64,000 bases of DNA from Candidatus Eiseniibacteriota bacterium. GTDB taxonomy: Bacteria > Eisenbacteria > RBG-16-71-46. The notes beneath the pieces are model-generated. The model did no database searches, was not told the DNA's origin, and saw nothing but the letters and a program-made list of their open reading frames with translations. Positions 44,712-55,900 of this stretch are shown here, one piece after another. The first letter of the stretch is position 1, and each line of letters starts with the position of its first letter. Location of the stretch: contig CAVQXP010000001.1 of the NCBI GenBank assembly GCA_963717935.1, forward strand, positions 96,001-160,000. The letters are read 5' to 3'. The position numbers and the translations under genes are program-made.

Positions 44712-46768
44712 CTACTTCTTCGTCCACTGGTCGAGCCAGCCGATCACCGTCTCGTGCCAGAGGACGCTGTTCCTGGGTTTCAGGATCCAGTGGTTCTCGT
44801 CGGGGAAGTACAGGAACTTGCTCGGGATGCCAAGACGCTGGAGCGCGGTGAAGGTCATGATGCCGTTGACGTCCGGGATGCGGTAGTCGCGCGCGCCGTG
44901 CACGACCAGCATCGGCGTCTTCCAGTTCTTCACGAAGTTGACCGGGTTCTGGCTCTCGTACGCCTTCGGGTTCGACCAGGGCGTGCCCCGATGCTCGAAC
45001 TCGGGGAACCACAGCTCCTCGGTGCCGAAGTAGGCGGCACGCTCGTCGAGGTTGCCGTCGTGGGTCACGAGACAGCGGAAGCGGTCGGGCCAGTTGCCCG
45101 CGATCCAGTTGGTCATGTAGGCGCCGTACGAGGCGCCCAGGGCCGCCACGCGCGTGCCGTCCATCCACGGGTAGCGCCGCAGCGCGGCGTCGAGCCCCTT
45201 CTTGAGGTCCTCGAGCGGCTTGCCGCCCCAGTCGTCGCGGATCGCTTCCTGGAACGCCTGCCCGTAGCCGGTCGAGCCGTGGAAGTCCACCGCCACCGTG
45301 GCGTAGCCGGCCCCGGCGTAGGCCTGCGGGTTCCAGCGGTAGTGGAAATCGTTGCCGAAGGAACCTTGCGGGCCACCGTGGATGAGGAACGCCACCGGGT
45401 ACCTCTTCGCGGGGTCGAAGTCCACGGGCTTGACCACGTAGCAGTGGACGACGTCGCCCCGGGCGCCCTTGAAGGTGAACTGCTCGGGCTCGCCCATGCG
45501 CGTGGCGGCGACCTTGCCGGCGTTGATGCGCGTGATCGTGGTGACGTCGCTGCCGTCCGGCCGGACCGAGTGCAGTTCGGTCGGGGACGCGGAGGTCCTC
45601 GAGCGCGTACACGACGCGCTCCGGGGCCATCGAGATGGCCTTGACGGTCCCCTGTCCGACCACGGTGCGGACCCTGCCGGTCGCCACGTCCACGGCGAAG
45701 AGCGAGCCCTGTCCGAGGTCGTCGGCCACGGCATAGAGGGTCTTGCCGTCCGGGCCCCACGCGATGGACGAGGGCGAGCGGTCCCACGCCTCGCTCAACA
45801 CCCGGGCCGGTCCGTCGGGCCAGGGCATGAGCACGATGCGGAAGCGGTCGGCCTCGAAGTCCGGCACCTTCATGGCGAGATAGGCGAGCGTCCTGCCGTC
45901 GGGCGAGAACGCGGGCTGCGTGTCCCACGCCGGGTTCCCGGCGGTGAGCTTGCGCGGGGCCGCGGAGCCATCGAGCGGTACGGCGAAGAGGTCGAAGTTC
46001 GTGGACCAGGCCTCCTTGCGCCCGACGTCCCTCGCGGAGAAGACGACGGACTTCCCGTCGGGGCTGATCGCGAGCTCCTCGGCGCCGCCGAAGGGCTTGC
46101 TCGGGCAGTCGGCGTCCATCCCCTTCATGAGGTCCACGGCCTCGCCGCCCGCGACGGGCACGGCGAACAGGTGCGAGCGCCGGCCGTCGCACCAGGCGTC
46201 CCAGTGCCGCACGAAGAGCTTCTCGTAGATCCTGCCGCTCGGGCCCGCCTTCTCGCGCCTCCTCCGCCGCGTCGAGCCGCTTCTGCGTCTCTTCGAGCCC
46301 GGCCCCCGGGAAGACCTCCATCGCCACCACCAGGCGCGAGTCATCCGGGGTGATCTCGAAGGCGTTGACGTCGAGCGGCAGGCGCGTCACCTGCTCGGCC
46401 TCGCCCCCGCCCACCGGGATGCGCCAGACCTGCGAGGAGCCCGAGCGGCTCGAGAGGAACCAGACGGAGCGACCGTCGGCCGACCAGCGCGGGTCGGAGT
46501 CGCCGGCCTCGTGCGAGGTGAGGCGCGTGAGCCCGTTGCCGTCGGTGCCCACCAGCCAGAGGTCGGTGCGCCGCCGGTTGTGCTCGAGGTCCGTGCGGCT
46601 CAGCACGAAGACGACCAGCCGGCCGTCGGGCGAGACCCGCGGGTCGGAGACGCGGTCCATCGCGAGCATGTCGTGGACCGAGAACGGATGGGTCGCCGCC
46701 ACCGCAGGCGCGACGAGAGCAACCACGGGGGCGAACGCCAGCCACAGCAACAGGAACACGCGAAGCAT
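44712..46768 (-). CDS. S9 family peptidase (acylaminoacyl/dipeptidyl type), secreted; +1 frameshifts near 46259 and 45588
   Basis: Three ORF pieces join into signal peptide + PD40-type propeller ('SPDG') + 'IHGGPQ', 'GASYG', 'HGARDYRI', 'FPDENHW'. Confidence 0.9.
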
Positions 46769-47321
46769 GGACACCTCCAGACCGGGAACCGTGTCGCGGA
46801 CGAACGCCGCATCTTAACGCGGGGCGCACGGCAGGACTACCGACCGGGCAGCAGGGCGCGAGACCGGGCTCCCGCGACAGAGGCCGGGCCGGCCGGGATC
46901 GAGTGCGAATGCGAGCGGGGTCCCGTGGTCACCGTGGCCCGAACGAACGTCGCGCAGCTCGCCTCGCCCTTCGAGGCGATCGGGTGCACGCGGCGGCACC
47001 GCTCCCCGGCTCCCGCGCTGGAGTCGCTGTAGCCACGGGTGTGGGCGAAACCGCACGCGGCGACGAAACAATCCGGAGGCATCTCGTATCCGCCCGACGA
47101 TGCGGGATACCGAATCGAGCCGACCGGGTCGGCGGCGATCGGACCCTGGAAGACCTCGGGCGCGCGTCGAGTCCGTGAGCGGGGGGCCCGCGCGGTCTCG
47201 CCAGGGCTGTCAGCCATCCTGGCGGCAACCCCCGTAACACATGTGTAAACCATCTGTTAGCGCTCGCCGCCAGCCACCGCCACCTCGCGTCCGGGTGGGC
47301 CGGGAGGCTCCCAACCGGCAT

Positions 47322-47348
47322 TAAGTGGCGGGGTGAAGCCGCCGATAA
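47322..47348 (+). promoter_or_regulatory. sigma28 (FliA/WhiG)-type promoter
   Basis: TAAG-N15-GCCGATAA versus consensus TAAA-N15-GCCGATAA. Confidence 0.7.
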
Positions 47349-47522
47349 CCTGAACGTACCAGGGACGGCCACGGGGGACCTCGGAGCACGGGCCACGTCG
47401 GCGCCCCCTGCGGACGTCGAACAGTGCTAACTCCCGGGGGGACATGCTCCCGGCTCCATGCAGTGAACGGCCGTGCTCCAAAGCAGACCCTGCAGTGAGG
47501 CTGCCCGAGAAAGGAACCCACC

Positions 47523-48029
47523 ATGACCCGCGCTCGACCGCTCCCCTCTCGAATCGGCGCCGGCACCGTGCTCACCACGGCATGTCTCGCGCTCCTCTTC
47601 TGCGCCCCGGCCCAGGCCGGCGGCGCCGGCCACCGGACCGTCAAGCGAACGCCGGCGGCGGCCACCCAGGCGAAGCCGGCCACTCCGGCCGCCGTGCCGA
47701 CGGTGGCGCTCCCCGCGGTGACCCTCGGCATGCTGGCAGCGATCGACCCCGCGAACGGGCGCCTGGTCATGCCTTCCACCGAGGAGATCCTGCTGCTCTC
47801 GGACACCGAGAAGACGGGCATGCGCCACACGTCCACCGGCCTGACCGAGTTCCACGGCCCCGCCGGCGCGATCGGAGTGGACCTGCAGGGCCGCTTCATG
47901 GACTTCACGGTCGTCCGGCTCGACCTCCGGGGCCGACCTCACTTCCTGGGCGTGAACGAAGCATCGGCCCTGCTGCGCCTGCTCGATCCGCGCGCGCCCG
48001 CCCCCACCCCGGCCTACAGGGAGAGATAG
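47523..48029 (+). CDS. Small secreted protein ('DPxxG.L..P..EE' family) upstream of the PA-domain protease
   Basis: RBS AAGGA; signal peptide ending AQA; motifs 'IDPANGRLVMPSTEE' and 'GL.E...P.G...VDLQGRF'. Confidence 0.75.
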   Translation: MTRARPLPSRIGAGTVLTTACLALLFCAPAQAGGAGHRTVKRTPAAATQAKPATPAAVPTVALPAVTLGMLAAIDPANGRLVMPSTEEILLLSDTEKTGMRHTSTGLTEFHGPAGAIGVDLQGRFMDFTVVRLDLRGRPHFLGVNEASALLRLLDPRAPAPTPAYRER

Positions 48030-48031
48030 CC

Positions 48032-49735
48032 ATGGCACCCCGTGTCCTCCTGCGGCTGCGCCGGCTCCTCCCGGCGCTCGCGTTCGTCTGCCTGGCGGCG
48101 TCCGCGCAGGCGGCGACCATCACCATCGTCAACAACGACGCCACCCGCGAGGGCTTCAACGACCCGACGGCGACCGCGCCGGTGGGCGGCAACAGCGGCA
48201 CCACCCTTGGCCAGCAACGCCTCAACGTGTTCCAGCAGGCGGCGTCCATCTGGGGCGGGATCCTGCCGAGCACCGTGCAGATCCGCATCGACGCCACCTT
48301 CGACCCGCTCACCTGCACGTCGGGCGGCGCGGTGCTGGGATGCTGCGGCGCCGCTTCCATCTGGAGGGACTTCACCGGCGCCCCGCACGCCGGCACCTGG
48401 TACCCGAAGGCCCTGGCCAACAAGCTCGCCGGCACGGACCTCGACCCGGACAATGCGGACATCGTCGCCTGCTTCAACTCGAGCCTGGACGAATCCGGCT
48501 GCCTGGACAGTCACCCCTGGTACTACGGGTTCGATCACGATCCCAAGGCGAAGATCGATCTGCTGGCCGTCGTGCTCCACGAGATGGGGCACGGACTCGG
48601 GTTCACCACCTTCGTGAATGGCACCACCGGAGAGTTCTTCGGCGGGCGCCCGGACGCCTTCGCGAAGTTCGTCCTCGACGAGACCACCGGGCTCCACTGG
48701 GACGAGATGGCCGACTCCCAGCGCGCGGCTTCCGCGATCAACACCTTCAAGGTGCTCTGGGACGGGCCCGCGACCCGGTGCATGGCCCCCCTGACCCTGC
48801 AGTACGGGCGGCCCGTCCTGCGGGTGAACGCGCCCCTCGCCATCGCCGGGAACATCGCGGTGGGGACCGCTGTCTTCGGGCCCGCGCTCTCCAGCCCGGG
48901 CGTGACCGGCGGCGTCGTGCTGGCGGTGGACAACTTCGCGCCCACCAGCGACGCCTGCTCCGTGCTCAACAACAGCGCCGAGATGGCCGGCCGGATCGCC
49001 CTCGTGGACCGCGGCGCCTGCAACTTCACCGACAAGGTCAAGGCCTGCCAGCGTGCCGGCGCGATCGGCGTGATCGTGGCGGACGACGTGGCCGGCTCTC
49101 CGCCCGCGGGCTTGTCGGGCACCGACCCCACCATCACCATCCCGTCGGTGGGCGTGACCCTGGCGGACGGCAACACGCTCAAGGCGCAGCTCGCGAGCGG
49201 GCTGAACGTCACGTTGCTGACCGACCCCGCGCTCCTGCTGGGCGCCGACCCGCAGGGCAGGGTGATGCTCTACACGCCGAACCCGTTGCAGCCGGGCGTC
49301 TCCCTCTCGCACTGGGACGCTTCCGCCACCCCCAACCTGCTGATGGAGCCGGCCCTCAACGACGGCCTGACCTCGAGCGTGGACCTCACCCTCGCGGTGT
49401 TCGAGGACCTCGGCTGGCTGCCGAGCACCACGGACGTGCCGGGCGGCGCGCTCCCGGCGACCGCGGCGTTGCCGCCGAACACGCCCAACCCGTTCGCGCG
49501 CTCGACCTCGATCCGCTTCGAATTGCCGCGTGACGCCGAGACCGAACTCGCGGTCTACGACATCTCCGGGCGGCTCGTCCGCAGCCTGCTGCACGGGCGC
49601 TTCCCTGCCGGCTCCCACGTGATCGTGTGGGACGGCAGCGGCACCGACGGCCACCGCGTCCGCAACGGCGTCTACTTCACCTGCCTGAAGGTGGGCGGCG
49701 AATTGCGCTCCCGCCAGATCGTGCTCGTGCAGTAA
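48032..49735 (+). CDS. Secreted zinc metalloprotease with PA domain and FlgD/T9SS-type C-terminal domain
   Basis: Signal peptide; 'HEMGHGLGF'; PA domain 'GRIALVDRG.CNF..KV...Q.AGA.GVI'; 'SHWD...NLLMEP'; 'PNPF...YDISGRLV..L...WDG...GVYF'. Confidence 0.9.
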   Translation: MAPRVLLRLRRLLPALAFVCLAASAQAATITIVNNDATREGFNDPTATAPVGGNSGTTLGQQRLNVFQQAASIWGGILPSTVQIRIDATFDPLTCTSGGAVLGCCGAASIWRDFTGAPHAGTWYPKALANKLAGTDLDPDNADIVACFNSSLDESGCLDSHPWYYGFDHDPKAKIDLLAVVLHEMGHGLGFTTFVNGTTGEFFGGRPDAFAKFVLDETTGLHWDEMADSQRAASAINTFKVLWDGPATRCMAPLTLQYGRPVLRVNAPLAIAGNIAVGTAVFGPALSSPGVTGGVVLAVDNFAPTSDACSVLNNSAEMAGRIALVDRGACNFTDKVKACQRAGAIGVIVADDVAGSPPAGLSGTDPTITIPSVGVTLADGNTLKAQLASGLNVTLLTDPALLLGADPQGRVMLYTPNPLQPGVSLSHWDASATPNLLMEPALNDGLTSSVDLTLAVFEDLGWLPSTTDVPGGALPATAALPPNTPNPFARSTSIRFELPRDAETELAVYDISGRLVRSLLHGRFPAGSHVIVWDGSGTDGHRVRNGVYFTCLKVGGELRSRQIVLVQ

Positions 49736-49760
49736 CCGCTCCGCGCGCGGGGCGCACCAC

Positions 49761-49799
49761 GCGAAGGCCCCCGGGGGCGCCGCCCCCGGGGGCCTTCGC
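49761..49799. terminator. Perfect 19-bp inverted repeat between convergent genes
   Basis: GCGAAGGCCCCCGGGGGCG-c-CGCCCCCGGGGGCCTTCGC. Confidence 0.65.
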
Positions 49800-49848
49800 C
49801 TGCGGCACGACCGCGGCGGCGCCCGCCGGACCTGCTTCCGGCGGCCTC

Positions 49849-52800
49849 TCAGGCGCCCCGCGCCCCACCCTTCCACACCCGCGCGACGAGCGCGGCACCA
49901 TCCTCGACCAGCGTGTACAGGCAGGGCACCAGCACGAGCGTCAGCACCGTGGACGCCACGAGCCCACCCATGACGGTGCGCGCCAGCGGATAGTAGAGCA
50001 CGCCCCCGGCATGGTTGCCCCCCACCGCCAGCGGCGCCATGCCGAGCACCGTGCAGAACATGGTCATGAGGATCGGGCGCAGCCGGTCGTGCGAGGCCTC
50101 GAGGATGGCGCGCGTGCGCTCGACACCGCGCGCGCGCAGCTGGTGGATGTGGTGCACCAGCACGATGCCGTTGTTCACCACGATGCCGATCAGGATGAGC
50201 ACGCCGATCTGAGACATCAGGTTGAAGGGGCTGCGGGTGAGCAGACAGGTCGCCGCGATCCCCACGAACGCGAACGGCAGCGCGAACATGATCGCGAACG
50301 GATGGAGCAGCGATTCGAACAGGCTGGCCATGACCAGGTACACCAGCACCAGCGCCAGCAGCAGATTGACGAGCATCTCCTGCTGGGTGCGCCCCTCCGC
50401 CTCGAAGGCCTCGCCGAAGGACCACGTGTAGCCGGTGGGGAAGCTCATCGCGTTCATCAGGCGGTTCGCCGTCTTGCGCATCTCGCCGCCGCGCGTGGCG
50501 TCGTAATTCGCGCGCACCGACAGCACCGAGCGCCGCTGCTGGCGCTCCACGCTGCTCGGCGTGCGCACGGTGCGGAAATCCGCGACCGCCGCCAGCGGGA
50601 CGGACCGGAGAGCACCCGCCACGGGCCCCGCGACGGTGAGCGGGAGGTCGCGCAGGCGATCGAGGCTCGAACGGTCCTCGCGCACCAGCTGGGCGTTCAC
50701 CTGGACCTCCCCGTCGGGCCCGCGGTAGCGCGCCAGCTGGCGTCCGCGGAAATAGGCCGCCACCGAGCCGCCGACCTCCGCGGTGGAGAGGCCGTACTGG
50801 CTGGCGCGCTGCCGGTCCACGACGACCTCCACCTGCTCGCGGCCCCGCTCGCCTCCGACCACCACGTCGGTGAGACCGTCCACCCCGGCCAGCCGGCGGC
50901 GCACCTCCTCCGCCAGCGACTCCAGACGCGGCCCGGGCTCGCCGTACAGGCGCACCGCCAGGCGAGTCGAGCCCGACTGGCTCTCGTTGTCCTCGAGCCG
51001 CAGCTTGAGTCCCGGCAGCGCCGGAAGCCCTGCGCGCAGCGCCTTGCGCAGCACGCGTGCGCCCTCGTCGTTCGCCTTCGCGTCGGCCAGGTAGGCGCGC
51101 GTGACCGCGTAGTTGTTGCTGTAGTAGGTGTACGTGGACTTGACCTGCAGCGAGTCCCTGCGCGGGAGGATCCACTCCTCGACACGGTCGACGTACCGCT
51201 CCACCTCCCGGTGGTTGAGGTTGTCGGCGAACTCGTAGTCGATGCGCACGGCCTCGACCTTGCTGCCGGTGAACGCGCTCTTGTCCACCGGGATGAACAT
51301 GACGATCGCGCCGGCGAAGACGGCGAACGCGATGCCGACCGCCCCGGGACGGTGCGCGAGCGTCCAGGCCAGCACGCGCTGGTGGAGGTCGGCGAGGCGC
51401 GTGATCAGGCGCGACGGCGCGCCGGCATCCGCCTTGATCACCCGCCCCATGGCGAGCGGGATCACCGTCAGCGAGAGGAACAGCGAGCAGACGAGGGTGA
51501 AGATGATCGTGCGCCCGACCTCGCCGATCCAGATGGTGACCTGCGAGCGCCCGCCCAGCACCAGCGGCAGGAACACGATGACGGAGGTCATCGTGGACGA
51601 GATCACCGCCGGCAGGACCTCCTGGCTCCCGCGCAGGGCCGCCCGCACGCGCGACACGCCGCGCTCGCGCTGCCGGTGGATGCTCTCGAGGATCACGACC
51701 GCGTTGTCCACCAGCATGCCCACCGCGAGCATCAGGCCCATCATCGAGAGGATGTTGAGCGAACGCCCGCCGAAGTAGAGCATGGCCAGGGTGGCGAGCA
51801 GGGCGCAGGGGATCACCGTCGCCACCACCAGCGTGGTGGTCAGGCGGCGCAGGAAGAAGAACAGCACGAGCACGGCCAGCACCGCGCCCACCAGCCCGGC
51901 GTGCAGCAGCCCGTCGATCGAGTTGCGGATCTCCTTCGCCTGGTCGGTGAAGGTCAGGACCCGGATGCCGCGCAGCATCGGGTCGGCCTGGATCTCGGCC
52001 AGCACGCGGTTCGCGCGCTCGGCCACCACCACGCTGTTCGCACCCGACTCCTTGATGACGTTGAGCCCGATCGCCCGTCCCCCGTCCAGGTGCCGGCCGT
52101 AGTCGAGGTCGGGCTCCCGCAGCGACACCGTCGCCACGTCCCGCAGGCGCACGCCGCGGTCGTCCACCGGGAACTCCTCGAACTCGCGCAGGGAGTTGAA
52201 CTGGCTCACCACGCGCAACGGCCAGGCCTCGCCGCGGCGGCGCAGCAGGCCGGCGCTCGCGCTGCGGCTCGAGGCATCCAGTCGCTGCAACAGCCGGCCG
52301 GCGTCCACGCGGTGCCGCAGCAGGTCCGCCAGCCGGAAGTCGATCCGCACCTGCGGCGGCTCCACGCCGTAGAGCTCGACCTTGGCGACGCCCGGCACGC
52401 GCCGCAGCGGATCGGCCACATGGCGGTTCAGCAGCTCGTAGTCGTGCGACAGGTCGCGGTCGGCCGCGATGCGGCACTCCAGCACCGGGATCTCCGACGT
52501 GCGGAACGAGTTCACGGTGATGAGGTCCACGTCCACCGGCAGCAGATCGCGGATGCGCTCCAGCTTCTCTCGCGCCTCCACGCGCCGCGCCGCCATGTCT
52601 TCGCCCCAGTCGAACTCGAGGCTGACGTTGGCCCCGGTCGCGGACGAGTTGGAGGAGATCTTGCGCACGCGGCTCAGCGTGGCCAGCGCCTCCTCGGCCG
52701 GGCGCGTGATCTGCTCCTCGACCTGGGCGGGCAGCGCGTTCGGGTACGGGATGTTGATCTCGAGGTACGGCGCGCTCACGTCCGGCAGGAATGCCAGCGG

Positions 52801-52896
52801 GACGCGGGGCGCCGACAGCGCGCCCAGCACCAGCAGGCAGACCAGCACCATGCTGGCGGTCACCGGCCGGCGGATGCTCCAGCGCGGCAGGTTCAT
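49849..52896 (-). CDS. RND efflux permease (AcrB/AcrD/AcrF family), second subunit
   Basis: 'SIRRPV', 'GMLVDNAVVILE', 'GIVVNNGIVLV', 'RLRPILMT'. Confidence 0.95.
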   Translation of the reverse strand: MNLPRWSIRRPVTASMVLVCLLVLGALSAPRVPLAFLPDVSAPYLEINIPYPNALPAQVEEQITRPAEEALATLSRVRKISSNSSATGANVSLEFDWGEDMAARRVEAREKLERIRDLLPVDVDLITVNSFRTSEIPVLECRIAADRDLSHDYELLNRHVADPLRRVPGVAKVELYGVEPPQVRIDFRLADLLRHRVDAGRLLQRLDASSRSASAGLLRRRGEAWPLRVVSQFNSLREFEEFPVDDRGVRLRDVATVSLREPDLDYGRHLDGGRAIGLNVIKESGANSVVVAERANRVLAEIQADPMLRGIRVLTFTDQAKEIRNSIDGLLHAGLVGAVLAVLVLFFFLRRLTTTLVVATVIPCALLATLAMLYFGGRSLNILSMMGLMLAVGMLVDNAVVILESIHRQRERGVSRVRAALRGSQEVLPAVISSTMTSVIVFLPLVLGGRSQVTIWIGEVGRTIIFTLVCSLFLSLTVIPLAMGRVIKADAGAPSRLITRLADLHQRVLAWTLAHRPGAVGIAFAVFAGAIVMFIPVDKSAFTGSKVEAVRIDYEFADNLNHREVERYVDRVEEWILPRRDSLQVKSTYTYYSNNYAVTRAYLADAKANDEGARVLRKALRAGLPALPGLKLRLEDNESQSGSTRLAVRLYGEPGPRLESLAEEVRRRLAGVDGLTDVVVGGERGREQVEVVVDRQRASQYGLSTAEVGGSVAAYFRGRQLARYRGPDGEVQVNAQLVREDRSSLDRLRDLPLTVAGPVAGALRSVPLAAVADFRTVRTPSSVERQQRRSVLSVRANYDATRGGEMRKTANRLMNAMSFPTGYTWSFGEAFEAEGRTQQEMLVNLLLALVLVYLVMASLFESLLHPFAIMFALPFAFVGIAATCLLTRSPFNLMSQIGVLILIGIVVNNGIVLVHHIHQLRARGVERTRAILEASHDRLRPILMTMFCTVLGMAPLAVGGNHAGGVLYYPLARTVMGGLVASTVLTLVLVPCLYTLVEDGAALVARVWKGGARGA

Positions 52897-52903
52897 GACC
52901 CGC

Positions 52904-55900
52904 TCAGCGGCTGCGGTCCAGGGTCGCGTACACGACCGGGAGCACGATCAGGGTGAGCACCGTGGCGCTGATCAGCCCGCCCATCAGGGTGAGCGCGAGG
53001 GGCGCGCGCAGCTCGGCGCCCTCGCCGATGCCGAGCGACATCGGCAACAACCCGAGCACGGTGACGAGGGCAGTCATCAGGATCGGCCGCATGCGCACCT
53101 GGCCGGCCTGGATCAGCGCGTCGAGCTTGGGCACACCGCGCGCCCGCAGCTGATTCGCGTAGTCCACCAGCACGATGCCGTTGTCGGTCACGATCCCGGC
53201 CAGCACGATCATCCCGATCAGGACCATGACGTTGACGGACGTGCCGGTGATCAGCAGGGCGAGCACGACGCCGACCACGGCCATCGGCATGGTGAACATG
53301 ATGACGAACGGGTGGAGCAGCGACTCGAACTGGCTGGCCATGACCAGGTAGACGAGGAAGATCGCCAGCAGCAGGGCCAGCCGCAGCGAGGCGAACGAGT
53401 CGGCCAACTCGCGGTTCTGTCCGGCGATCGTCACCTTGGCTCCGGGCGGGACCTCGAGGCCCCGGAGCGACTGCTCGATGGCGGCGGACGCCGAGGCCAG
53501 GTCGCGGCCCTGCAGGTTCCCCGACACGACCGCCGCCCGCTGCTGCGCGATGCGGCGGATCTCGCTCGGCCCGCGCCCCACCGTGATCTGCGCCACCGCG
53601 CCGAGCGGCACCGCCCGCCCCTGGCTGCGCCCGACCTCGAGGTTGGCCAGATCGGCGACCGCCGAGCGCTCGTCCGCGCGCGCCCGCACGCGGACGTCCA
53701 GCTTGCGGTCGAGGTCGCTGTACTGCGTGGAGGGCTCGCCCTGGACGGCGTTGCGCACCAGGCGCGAGGCCGACGTGGGGTCGAGCGCCATGCCCGCCAG
53801 ACGGTCGCGGTCGAAGACGATCTGGACCTCGGGGTCGCCGACCCGCATCGAGGACTCGACGTCGCGGATCCCGCGGATGGCGGCCACGCGTCGCGCCACC
53901 TCGACCGAGAGCGTGCGCAGCGTGTCGAGGTCGTAGGCGTACACCTCCACCTCGATCGGGCTCTTGAAGGTGAACAGCGCCGGCCGGCCGAACTCGTAGC
54001 TGAGGCCCGGGGTGCGGTCCATCTCCTGGCGCAGCCGCGCCGCCACCGCCTCCTCGGCGCGACGGTCGGTGGCCTTCGCGAGCGCGACGGTGACCTGGCC
54101 CCGGTTCGCCTCGCGCGCCGAGCCGGCGAAGGCGCTCAGGTCGGTCTGCCCGGCGCTGGTGTAGACGTGCTTCACGCGCGGGTCCTTGCGCACCACCCCG
54201 GCGATGCGCTCCAGCGCCGCGTCGGTGACGTGCAGCGCGCTGCCCTCGGGCATGCGCACGTTGAAATAGAACTCCCCCTGGCTCACCGACGGGAACAGGT
54301 TCCGGGGCAGGACCAGGCCGAGCGCGACGGTCACCGCCAGCCCCGCCGCCGACACCGCCAGCACGCGCCCCGGGTGCTCCAGCGCCCGCCGCGCGACCCG
54401 CGGGTAGGCGCGCTCGATCCAGCCGTAGCCCGCGTCGAACGGCCGCAGCAGGCGCCCGACCACCGGACCCAGCCACCGGCCGGCGATCCCGACCCCGCGC
54501 ACCGCGAGGCGCGGCAGGAAGACCAGGACGAGGACCAGCCAGCGCATGGCCGTGCCCCAGCGCCCCGTCGCCACCCGGACGGCGGGCGGCCCGCCCGCGT
54601 CCGGCGCCGCGCGCCGCAGGGCCCGCAGCGACGAGAGCGTGGGCACCAGCGTGAGCGCCACCGCCAGCGACACCAGCATCGAGAACGTCACCGTGAGCGC
54701 CTGGTCGCGGATCAACTGGCCAGCGAGCCCTTCGACGAAGACCAGCGGGAGGAACACCGCCACGGTCGTGAGGGTCGAGGCCACCACGGCGCGGGAGACC
54801 GTCGCCGTTCCCTGTCCGGCCGCCTCGCGCGGCGCGAGGCCCTCCTCGCGCTTGCGGAAGATGCTCTCGAGCACGACGATCGAATCGTCCAGGAGCCGGC
54901 CGATCGCCAGCGCGAGCCCGCCCAGCGACATGATGTTCAGGGACAGTCCGAAGCGGTACATGATGATGAAGGTCGCGAACACCGAGACCGGGATGGAGAG
55001 CGCCACGATGAAGGTCGTCCCGAGCTGGCGCAGGAAGGCGAACAGCACCAGCACGGCGAGCAACCCGCCCTGCCAGGCGGAGTCCCGCACCTCGCCGATG
55101 GCCTGCTCGATGAAGCGCGACTGGTCCGCCACCGTGACGAGCTTCATCTCGGGTGGCAACTCGAGTCGCTGCACGCGCCGCTTCACGGCCCGCGCGACCG
55201 CCACCGTGTTCGCGTCGCCCTCCTTGTAGATCGAGATCTCGACCGCCTCCTTCTCCCCCAGCCGGGCGATCACCTCGCGGTCCTTGCCACCCCGGCTCAC
55301 CCGCGCGACATCGCTCACCCTCACCACGCCGGCGACCGCGCCCGCCGCCGTCGCTCCCGCGGCGGCCGGGCGCGTCGCCAGGATGACGTCACCGATCTCC
55401 TCGGGCGTCTTGAACTCGTTGGTCGTGCGGATCAGGTACTCGGCCTGCCCCTCGGTCAGCGAGCCGCCCGCGATGTTGATGTTCTCCTCCGCCAGGCGCC
55501 GCGTGACGTCCGCCACCGACAGGCCGATCGCGCCGAGCCGCTGGGCATCCACGTCCACGCGGACCTCCTCCTCCTCGCCTCCCACCACCTTCACCGCCGC
55601 CACACCGGCGGCCCCCTCGAGGTCGGTCTTCACGGTGCGCTCGGCGAGGCGGCGCAGGCGCTGCAGGTTGCCGCCGCCGGACAGGCGCAGCCGCAGGATG
55701 GGGTCGAGCGAGGGGTCGAAGCGCAGGACGGCGGGCCGCCGCGCCTCGCGCGGCAGGGTCACCAGGTCGAGCTTCTCGCGCACCGAGAGCGACGCCAGGT
55801 CCATGCGCGTCCCGGTCGCGAACTCGAGCGTGACCTCGGACTGACCGGGACGGGACACCGAGTGGAGCCGCGCCAGCCCGGCCACGACGCCGACCGCCTC

